Below are positions 10,401 through 17,560 of a DNA stretch of 64,000 nucleotides, one piece after another. Each line of letters starts with the position of its first letter. The stretch's first letter is position 1. Position numbers and translations under genes: made by a program. The DNA lies in assembly GCA_965116885.1 (NCBI GenBank), contig OZ220741.1, forward strand, positions 2,016,001 through 2,080,000. Direction: 5' to 3'. This DNA is from Candidatus Latescibacterota bacterium. GTDB lineage: Bacteria > Latescibacterota > UBA2968. The notes beneath the pieces were generated by a model. It had not been told where the DNA came from. It saw only the letters and a program-made list of their open reading frames with translations, and ran no database searches.

Positions 10401-11507
10401 ATGGAATACTTAACATACAAATACAAAATGTATAGTCTCTGTGACCGCAATAAGTATCTGCACTATGAGATAGACGCTTTTGCTGAGGTGTATAATCATT
10501 TCATTGCTTTGCACAAGCGATACTATCGGCGTTTTGGCAAATATCCGAGTAAGTTCACAATGATTAACCATTTGGCAAAGCTGAAAAGAACAACACGCTT
10601 TGCACATTGGCGTTTGTTGCCGTCACAGGCATTGCAAAATGTGATTGAGCGCATAGACTTTGGCTATCAGAAATTCTTTGCCAGAGACAACAAGCGTCCG
10701 CCCACATTCAGGTCTCGCTTTCGATATCAGTCCTATACGCTGAAGCAAGCAGGATACAAATTCCTCGAGCGTAACAAGGTGCGTATTGGCAAGCGTATAT
10801 TCAGATACCATAAGAGCAGAAAGTTCGATGTAGAGCGTATCAAGACGGTCACAATCAAACGTGACCGTGTAGGCGATTTGTGGCTATGTGTTGTTGCAAA
10901 GGCTGAGGGTATCAAGTCATTCATGATCAAGAACGGTAAAACCGCAGGTTTTGATTTTGGCTTGAAAACATATCTAACAGCCTCAGACAGCACAAGGACA
11001 CAATCGCCATTGTTCTTCAATCGTAATTCGAGGAAAGTCAAAAAGGCTAATCGCAATCTTTCTCGCAAGAAGAAAGGTAGCCATAACCGTCATAGAGCCA
11101 GAGTAAGTCTTGCCAGAGCGTATAGGCGCGTTGCTAATCAGCGCAGAGACTATCACTGGCAACTTGCCCATCAACTGTGTAAAGAATATGACGTCATGTA
11201 TTTTGAAACGCTGAATATCGACGCCATGAAAGCGTTGTGGGGCAGAAAGATTAGCGATTTGGGCTTCTCAGACTTTTTGAACATTCTCAAGTATGTTGCC
11301 AAAAAGACGGGCAAGGTTGTCAAACAAATCAACAAATGGCTACCCACGTCAAAGACTTGTTCCAATTGTGACACAGTCAAAGAGGACCTCGAATTGCGAG
11401 AGAGAATATTCCATTGTTGCGAGTGTGGTCTTGAGATAGACAGAGACCTCAACGCGGCGATAAACATTCACAGGTGGGGGCGTCCACCTCTGGCGGAGGT
11501 AGCGTAA
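10401..11507 (+). CDS. tnpB: RNA-guided endonuclease TnpB (IS200/IS605)
   Basis: RuvC I GFDFGLK, RuvC II YFETL, zinc finger TSKTCSNC...CCECG, RuvC III DRDLNAAINI; basic, ~368 aa. Confidence 0.97.
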   Translation: MEYLTYKYKMYSLCDRNKYLHYEIDAFAEVYNHFIALHKRYYRRFGKYPSKFTMINHLAKLKRTTRFAHWRLLPSQALQNVIERIDFGYQKFFARDNKRPPTFRSRFRYQSYTLKQAGYKFLERNKVRIGKRIFRYHKSRKFDVERIKTVTIKRDRVGDLWLCVVAKAEGIKSFMIKNGKTAGFDFGLKTYLTASDSTRTQSPLFFNRNSRKVKKANRNLSRKKKGSHNRHRARVSLARAYRRVANQRRDYHWQLAHQLCKEYDVMYFETLNIDAMKALWGRKISDLGFSDFLNILKYVAKKTGKVVKQINKWLPTSKTCSNCDTVKEDLELRERIFHCCECGLEIDRDLNAAINIHRWGRPPLAEVA

Positions 11508-11633
11508 GACTTGCCGACCTTCGGGAACGCAAGCAACTACTGTTGATCCCACAATCCCTGCTAAAGCAACAAGGTTGTAGAATCCCAATGCTTTAGATTT
11601 GGGAGTACGTCAAGAACTGTCGCTTCTCATTAC
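11465..11633 (+). ncRNA. Predicted TnpB omegaRNA/reRNA scaffold plus guide (5' boundary approximate)
   Basis: Hairpin-rich region overlapping the tnpB 3' end and running to the right-end TCAA. By known TnpB biology the guide is the flank GAACTGTCGCTTCTCATTAC. Confidence 0.65.
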
Positions 11634-11970
11634 GCCCATTTCAGGCGGCAATGCTCAGGTTTTCTTTCGAATGTCCGAAGACGAACGGTGCTGGTATTTG
11701 CTGGATTTCTTATTGGGCTGGCAGGCGGTCGCCATTAGCAAGGTTACGCCCGAGGGGCTAACCAAGCTCAGTGTGGTCAATTATCCCATTGAGCACGGAC
11801 AGGAATACGATGTGCAAATCGCCGCCCGGGGCGCGTCTCTTACTTCATATATTGATGGCAAGTTGGTCAATCAGGTGACCGATTTCAGCTATCAATCTGG
11901 ACCGATTGCGCTGAATGTATGGGAAAGCAAAACGGCTTTTCGAGATCTTCGTTTTCGTATTTTGCATTGA
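11614..11970 (+). pseudogene. C-terminal fragment of a DUF1080/concanavalin-like beta-sandwich domain; 5' part lost at the IS right end
   Basis: ELSLLITPISGGNAQVFFR...GQEYDVQIAARGASLTSYIDGKLV...YQSGPIALNVWESKTAFRDLRFR; no native start codon or RBS. Confidence 0.7.
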
Positions 11971-11976
11971 AGCTAT

Positions 11977-12007
11977 AAAAAAAGGGGGCCGGTAGCCCGG
12001 TCCCTTT
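11977..12007. terminator. Intrinsic terminator between convergent genes
   Basis: AAAGGGGGCCGG-TAGC-CCGGTCCCTTT stem, with a long U-tract on the minus strand. Confidence 0.7.
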
Positions 12008-12010
12008 AGT

Positions 12011-12166
12011 TTAGTCCTGAGAGCGCTTGTCTCTGAAATTGGCAATTCCAAATATGGTTACCGCTGCTACGAGTATCCCCAGGGTCCAATTTGAAGGTAA
12101 GGATAATGCAGGTACAAGTAGCACTATGAGAACACCAAAGGAGCCTATAAAACGACGCAAAGACAT
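12011..12166 (-). CDS. Small hydrophobic membrane protein (51 aa), or 3' half of a frameshifted gene
   Basis: MSLRRFIGSFGVLIVLLVPALSLPSNWTLGILVAAVTIFGIANFRDKRSQD; GGAAAGG upstream. Confidence 0.55.
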   Translation of the reverse strand: MSLRRFIGSFGVLIVLLVPALSLPSNWTLGILVAAVTIFGIANFRDKRSQD

Positions 12167-12252
12167 TTGACCTTTCCGCCATTTTTTATATAATCCATTA
12201 CTTGAAACGCAAACAGAACGCCTATAGCAAGGATCAGCAAGATCATATACAT
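12145..12252 (-). CDS. Small hydrophobic peptide (35 aa), or 5' half of a frameshifted gene
   Basis: Below the ORF-track cut-off: MYMILLILAIGVLFAFQVMDYIKNGGKVKCLCVVL; GGAGAGGA RBS. Confidence 0.5.
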   Translation of the reverse strand: MYMILLILAIGVLFAFQVMDYIKNGGKVKCLCVVL

Positions 12253-12283
12253 GGTTTTCCTCTCCTGAGATAATGGATAACAT

Positions 12284-12317
12284 AAAGCCAGCAAGTTCTG
12301 TTTTTCTTGCTGGCTTT
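12284..12317. terminator. Hairpin / intrinsic terminator
   Basis: Perfect 12-bp stem AAAGCCAGCAAG...CTTGCTGGCTTT. Confidence 0.7.
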
Positions 12318-12356
12318 CTTATTGGAGAACCATATTACAGTTATCAACTTCCGATA

Positions 12357-12659
12357 TTACTGTTTATCCGTAGCTTTTCTGAAACATCTGACTATACCAT
12401 CCACAGATATATAAAGAATGGCGATGCCACCCACAAAAACGGGTAGCCTGTGTTCACTTAGTTCTCCAAGTGCTGTATCATCGTAAATGATAGCAGTGTA
12501 TCCGAGAAATATCCCTGTCATAAGCCCGACACTCGCCATAATGATCGTAATGATTTGTGGAAGGTCAGGTTTCTTTTTTTTATAAAAGACGATACATGTG
12601 TAAATAAGCGAAAGTACTGCACCGAGAATTAGGCCGATTTTTTGTATGGTAAGCGACAT
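12357..12659 (-). CDS. Hypothetical membrane protein (about 3 TM helices)
   Basis: 100-aa hydrophobic ORF; its ATG abuts the upstream stop codon. Confidence 0.65.
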   Translation of the reverse strand: MSLTIQKIGLILGAVLSLIYTCIVFYKKKKPDLPQIITIIMASVGLMTGIFLGYTAIIYDDTALGELSEHRLPVFVGGIAILYISVDGIVRCFRKATDKQ

Positions 12660-12896
12660 CTATCCCCTGCTTCCAACCTTGTATCCACAGAAAACACCGA
12701 CAGCACCTCCGATGGCAATTCCCACTGGCCCAAAGGGACTGCCAAGTACCAGGCCACCTATAAATCCTGAAACTGCGGGTGTGTATGAAGCAAGGGGAGA
12801 GATTTGTGGTTGTCGGTACAGATTTTTATGATCAACGGATGCTGTGTTATCTGTTTGTTTGTGCTGATTTTTGCGATCAAATAATCCCACAGTCAA
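12660..12896 (-). CDS. Hypothetical glycine-zipper protein
   Basis: SGFIGGLVLGSPFGPVGIAIGGAVGVFCG GxxxG repeats; AAGGAG before a TTG start. Confidence 0.6.
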   Translation of the reverse strand: MTVGLFDRKNQHKQTDNTASVDHKNLYRQPQISPLASYTPAVSGFIGGLVLGSPFGPVGIAIGGAVGVFCGYKVGSRG

Positions 12897-12994
12897 TCTC
12901 CTTTTCTACTTGAGAATTATCTTATGGTGATATGGTCTCTTTCAATGATACCCAAAAGATACTTGATAAACAAACGGATTTTGTTTGTTTCGTA

Positions 12995-14977
12995 TTACCA
13001 CCCGTGAATTCCGTGCCCCTGATCTGGAAACCAGATGACATCTACGAGGAATGCGATTCCGATTGCAAATACAAATCCCACGATTAATCCATAACAACAC
13101 GGGCGCACCCGCCGGTAGAGCAAGATCCCTCCAAATTGCAGCACCAGCAACTTGGCCAGCCATACCAGGAAGATGTCGAGAATATAGATGCGCATGTACC
13201 AGCTATACATTACCATCAATCCCATGGGATGGAGAGGCCACCAGGGGATCCTCGCCTGCAGTACGGCAAATAGTAGCGCGCCCAGGGTGCCCAACAGGTA
13301 CACGCCTGTTTTTTCTATATCTGGGACAGACCGATCTGTATCGCCAACTGCTCCGGCGATGATATTGTACCGTTCGCGCGCCGAACCCTCCAATGCCCAG
13401 GAATGAAAGCTGGCTCCGCCCCAGGTATAACACAGCCAGACCGTATAAGAAGCGCCAATGATCACGCCGAGGAGCACGCCGATCCAGATCAGTCGGTTTG
13501 TCTTTGTCGATCCCGCCATTGTCCGTTCTATATTGGGCAGCGCCGTTGGCACGCGCCAGCCTGCCAGCAGACGGTGATTCACCATGTGCGTGCTTACCAG
13601 CGTGGGTGTGGACATGTTGCGCGTGCCCACAAACATATCACCCAGTATGGTCGTTCCGCCTGCCCAAAAGGGAAATAAATAGGCGAAGCCCGTGGCAGCT
13701 ACGAGCTTCATCGATACAAAGAGGCCGATCCAGAATGCCGCCATCCACAATATCAGTGTTGATGGGCTGTTTCCCGACTGATAAAGCCAGAATGCCATAT
13801 AGATCAACCCGCCCGCGAGCACCAGCAAAGTGCTACGCGGCGACAGGATCATGGTTTCGGAGGCTTCTCCTGCAACTGGACTGCAAACCTGTCTCCAGAC
13901 GCGTTTCAGATGCCCGCGTGCTGCCCATATCGCCCAGAGAGCCAGTCCCAACATCGCCCCGTTGGAAAAAAGGTTCACGATGACGCCCGCATCGGCTTCT
14001 TGCCCGCTCATTCCCACTGTGAACCCCACGCGGTTCATGGCGTATTGTGCCCCCAGCCCTACGAGGTAAACCGACCAGATGCTGAACAGGATGTTCAAAT
14101 CGCACAGAAAAGTAAATCCCATCAGGGTGGGCAGAATGCGGTAGGAGAAGGCAAATGGCGGCAAGTACCGGGACAGGGGCGCGCCTCTGCGTCCGGTTCG
14201 CCCGAACATGGGGTCAAAAATTGCAATGCGGGGAAAATCGGGGATGAAGTATTCTGCGATGTTCCAGAGGAGGGGAAATGCCGCGATAAAAAATCCCGCC
14301 CAGAATGCCTTGCTTTGCATAAAGGCAGGCCAACCCGGTTTTCGATCAAATCCTTCGGTGAGTTCCAGGGAGACTTCGGCGAGGGGATAGACCAGGCGCT
14401 CGTGTTGCGCCCATTGTTTTTGAAATAATGCGGTTAATCCCAGACCAATGGCCGTGATTGCGAGAGCGATAGATCCCGCCCAGAAAATGGGTCCCAACCA
14501 CGCGCCCCAGGGTACGTCTGACCACAGCCCTTGATAGAAGCCATCGACCACACCCGGACTGTTTAATGGCAGCATCCAGTTGGGCAAGTCGTCAAAGTAC
14601 AGTTCTTCCCATCGGTTCTCTGGCGAGGCAAAATAACGCGGTGCGGCCATCATGCCAGCCCATTGCGTTGCCCAGTTAAAACCGGCGAACAAGCCGCCGA
14701 CCCACAAGAGGCAAAATAGTACCCGCATCTCTGTTGCGGACAGGGATAACCGGGGCCAATAACGCTTTAATACCGAGTTGCCCAGGAGCCAGAATACGAA
14801 GGGCAATAATACGGTCATTGGCAGATTGGACATTGCCAGGAGACCGGATCGCGTGCTCAATTCCACATAGGTTGACATTGCACACGCAAAGACCAGCGTG
14901 CCTACCATCGCCAATACGGCGGTTTTGCGTACCCGGCTCTCGGTTTCTAAAGTTTCAACGCTTTGTAATTGGGCCAT
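12995..14977 (-). CDS. DUF6785/DUF6784-type polytopic membrane protein (putative OPT-like transporter)
   Basis: 660 aa with many TM helices; KQWAQHERLVYPL, WWPLHPMG and GGILLYRRVRP family motifs. Confidence 0.8.
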   Translation of the reverse strand: MAQLQSVETLETESRVRKTAVLAMVGTLVFACAMSTYVELSTRSGLLAMSNLPMTVLLPFVFWLLGNSVLKRYWPRLSLSATEMRVLFCLLWVGGLFAGFNWATQWAGMMAAPRYFASPENRWEELYFDDLPNWMLPLNSPGVVDGFYQGLWSDVPWGAWLGPIFWAGSIALAITAIGLGLTALFQKQWAQHERLVYPLAEVSLELTEGFDRKPGWPAFMQSKAFWAGFFIAAFPLLWNIAEYFIPDFPRIAIFDPMFGRTGRRGAPLSRYLPPFAFSYRILPTLMGFTFLCDLNILFSIWSVYLVGLGAQYAMNRVGFTVGMSGQEADAGVIVNLFSNGAMLGLALWAIWAARGHLKRVWRQVCSPVAGEASETMILSPRSTLLVLAGGLIYMAFWLYQSGNSPSTLILWMAAFWIGLFVSMKLVAATGFAYLFPFWAGGTTILGDMFVGTRNMSTPTLVSTHMVNHRLLAGWRVPTALPNIERTMAGSTKTNRLIWIGVLLGVIIGASYTVWLCYTWGGASFHSWALEGSARERYNIIAGAVGDTDRSVPDIEKTGVYLLGTLGALLFAVLQARIPWWPLHPMGLMVMYSWYMRIYILDIFLVWLAKLLVLQFGGILLYRRVRPCCYGLIVGFVFAIGIAFLVDVIWFPDQGHGIHGW

Positions 14978-14992
14978 GAGTTAATAAGGGAT

Positions 14993-16366
14993 CTACCAAT
15001 CTCCGCGCTGGTATTTGTCCCAGGTTTCAAAGAGTGTCTGTTTCAATGCGCGAAGTTCTTCGGCTGTGCTGGGATGTCGGGTGTGTGTATAGACAGCCCG
15101 GTTGATGTCGGTTACTGCCTGGATCAGATTTTCGCGCGGATTGCCCTGCAGGTCGTAATAGCCATTCTGGTTGTTTTTTGCGAGTGTGTCGCCGCCCTGA
15201 TCGTACATACAGGCGCAATACGTGACGCCCAGAACCTGCGGGTCTTTGTAATGTCTCATCAGGCTTGCGCGGTATATTTCTCCGCGTGCGTCGTGAGATG
15301 ATACACCCGCGTGACGCTTGCCCTTTTCGCCGGGGTAGTGGAATCCGAAATAGTCATCCGACATGAGGATGGGCAATTCCGCGATATCGGCCAGTTCGTT
15401 GACTGAAATTGTGCGGTTAACATGTTGGGGTGCGATCATGTCGATGTAGGGTGCCGCTGCTTTCCACGAGTCTCCGGTTAAAGCCCATTCTTTGATAAAA
15501 GAGCCAAAGATGAGATGGTTGCTGTCCCACCTCCGAATGGCGGTATGGGCGATCTTGTAGAGTGTGACACACATGTGGGAGAGGATGGCTTCGAAATCAT
15601 CTAATTGTCGAGGATTTAGTGTTTTTCGTATTGCCGGATAATTGCGGTTCTCAAAGGCCTGGTCGTAGGCGAGTATTTCCGTTTGTTTCAGGTCGGTAAT
15701 CTGGCTCAAAGCAATGTCGTATGTCCGGTTGAATTCTCGAACGTCGTTGTCATACCGTTGCGCGAGCAGGTCGATGATGGCATTTCGTCCAGGACTGTCT
15801 GGCGGTAGGGACAGATGGTGGTTCACCCAGTGTTCTGAATGGTTAAATGCGCCGAAGCCATAATAATAGCCCATTACGAGCGGGTCATCTGCAGCGGCTG
15901 GACAAGCTGCTGCGGCTCTGGATTCGATCAGTTGTTCAAACGCGGGATCAAAAATATCCGGGAGTGTTTCTCCTTCGACAAATTCCCAGGGGTGCTTCAG
16001 CAAGATTACGCCAACCGCAAAGGGGAAATTCTCTTCTCGAAATATTGCTTCTGATTCTGCGATATCGACAAATCCATTCAGGTTGCGTTCCGGGCTTGTG
16101 GCACCGCCCAGGGCGCAGTTAAAGCCCATTGTACGGGCATTGGCAAGGGAGCCACGCACCCATGCTTCCCGGTCGCCTCCATAAACATTCTCGCAGGCCA
16201 CATCGCTTTCTCCCGACAACAGATGGCTGAGCGCCACGGGAAAAAAGACGTTGCCCTGTGGCGTTATAAACCAGTTTCGCCCATCAATTTTTTCCAGATG
16301 AAAAAAGCCGGTCTTTTCACCCTGGATACCCGTCCATCCACCGTATTCGTCCAGTTCGTTGTTCAT
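14993..16366 (-). CDS. Beta-agarase (GH50)-like glycoside hydrolase-fold protein
   Basis: DEYGGW...TGFFHLEKIDGRNWFITPQG, GFN, PDIFDPAF, DDPLVMGYY, AIRRWDSNHLIFG. Start uncertain (16366-16405). Confidence 0.7.
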   Translation of the reverse strand: MNNELDEYGGWTGIQGEKTGFFHLEKIDGRNWFITPQGNVFFPVALSHLLSGESDVACENVYGGDREAWVRGSLANARTMGFNCALGGATSPERNLNGFVDIAESEAIFREENFPFAVGVILLKHPWEFVEGETLPDIFDPAFEQLIESRAAAACPAAADDPLVMGYYYGFGAFNHSEHWVNHHLSLPPDSPGRNAIIDLLAQRYDNDVREFNRTYDIALSQITDLKQTEILAYDQAFENRNYPAIRKTLNPRQLDDFEAILSHMCVTLYKIAHTAIRRWDSNHLIFGSFIKEWALTGDSWKAAAPYIDMIAPQHVNRTISVNELADIAELPILMSDDYFGFHYPGEKGKRHAGVSSHDARGEIYRASLMRHYKDPQVLGVTYCACMYDQGGDTLAKNNQNGYYDLQGNPRENLIQAVTDINRAVYTHTRHPSTAEELRALKQTLFETWDKYQRGDW

Positions 16367-16405
16367 TGCGTTCATTCCTATGCGTTTCCCTCGTGCATTT
16401 TTCAT

Positions 16406-16450
16406 AAAAAAATAGGCGCCGACGGATGAGGGTACTCCGCCAGGCGCCTG
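16406..16450 (-). terminator. Intrinsic terminator after the PorV-family gene
   Basis: Minus strand AGGCGCCTGGCGGA...TCCGTCGGCGCCT followed by a poly-T run. Confidence 0.7.
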
Positions 16451-16474
16451 TGTACGACGGATGCAAACGCAGTC

Positions 16475-17548
16475 TTACTGTCCAAAGTCAAATCCGACCG
16501 TCACGACATGCACTGAACCCAGACGGCCAAATTCGATATAGGCGTAATCCACGCTGATCCCGTATTGATCGCGCTTCAGATTGAGGCCCCCGCCAGCGGT
16601 GAGGCCCTCTTCGTCGTAGTTGAAGCGGTACCCACCGCGAAGATAGGCCAGGTTTCGCAATCCGTATTCGGCGCCTACATGCATTTTTTCGTCGCCGTCA
16701 TTGGGATGCGTAAACTCGGTTGCCACCGTGAGGAGATGGGGTTGATCCTCTGACTGTTCGACCAGATCAAAAGCCGCACCGAGTTTGAATACCATGGGCA
16801 TTCGCACTTGCGATGGCGGTATTTGGATCTGTTCGTCGTATTTGGTGAATTCGGTATCGGGGCCAAAATTCTGCCCGAGCATTGCAAGCCGCAGGCTTTT
16901 GATGCCGGTGTGATAGTATGTGCCGATATCGATGGCCCAGTTACCGGTGGTGGCATCGTCCAGGGTTTCCTGGAAGTACTTCACCGTGCCGCCTATCTGC
17001 AAGCGGTCTGTGATACGCCGACCGTAATTGAAGCCCACGGCGAGGTCGCCGCCAGAAAACGTGCCCAGGCCTTCTATTACGGGCTGTGTGCGACCCAGGG
17101 TTTCGCCACCGTCACCAAATAGTTCCTGGTTTTCCGTGCGTACCATATCCCCGTAATCGAGGGTATTGATACTGAGGCCGAAAACACCCCACTGGTCAAA
17201 ATTTTTGACCACAGCACCGGAATAATAGGTGATGTCGGCAATCCAATTCATGCTGCTGCCCGACAGGCTGATATTTGTTATGTCTGAGATCGCGGCGGGA
17301 TTGGTCAATGCGGCGTTGGCGTCTGCCTTGCTCAATACCGTTGCAATACCTCCCAGACTCGCCATGCGCGCCGAGGTGGGCAATTTGGCAAATTGCCAGC
17401 CCGACCGCCCCACGCGGCTGTAGGGCAGAGCCTCAATACCCGGTCCCACTTCTGCTTCGAATCGCCGCTGTGCGAACCCCTCACTTGCAAATCCCAGCAC
17501 GAGCAAAAGAATTGGGATCATTGTCCATTTAAATGTACAACGTTTCAT
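16475..17548 (-). CDS. PorV/PorQ (UPF0164) family outer-membrane beta-barrel
   Basis: Signal peptide; QFAKLPTSARMASLGG..NPA; HVGAEY..LRGGY; VDYAY..FGRLG..H. Confidence 0.85.
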   Translation of the reverse strand: MKRCTFKWTMIPILLLVLGFASEGFAQRRFEAEVGPGIEALPYSRVGRSGWQFAKLPTSARMASLGGIATVLSKADANAALTNPAAISDITNISLSGSSMNWIADITYYSGAVVKNFDQWGVFGLSINTLDYGDMVRTENQELFGDGGETLGRTQPVIEGLGTFSGGDLAVGFNYGRRITDRLQIGGTVKYFQETLDDATTGNWAIDIGTYYHTGIKSLRLAMLGQNFGPDTEFTKYDEQIQIPPSQVRMPMVFKLGAAFDLVEQSEDQPHLLTVATEFTHPNDGDEKMHVGAEYGLRNLAYLRGGYRFNYDEEGLTAGGGLNLKRDQYGISVDYAYIEFGRLGSVHVVTVGFDFGQ

Positions 17549-17560
17549 TATAGCCTCCGC

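Larger units (their letters stand above)
10155..11613 (+). mobile_element. IS200/IS605-family element (IS605/IS608-like ends), non-autonomous: decayed tnpA, intact tnpB
   Basis: Left: TTAT^CCGAAACTGCGCGT-AAAA-CCCA...CTTTAGCGTTGGG. Right: GAAT-CCCAATGCTTTAGATTTGGGAGTACG-TCAA^. Both mirror the IS608 end layout. No target duplication. Confidence 0.9.

Noticed and set aside
9985..11507. ECF sigma next to tnpB as an RNA-guided transcription system (dCas12f/TldR-sigma type)
   Set aside because: TnpB keeps all RuvC catalytic residues and sits between intact IS ends. The sigma is a truncated casualty of the insertion and lacks region 4.
11599..11970. Independent 123-aa gene starting at TTG 11599
   Set aside because: The start lies inside the IS right-end hairpin and has no RBS, so it is treated as a gene fragment
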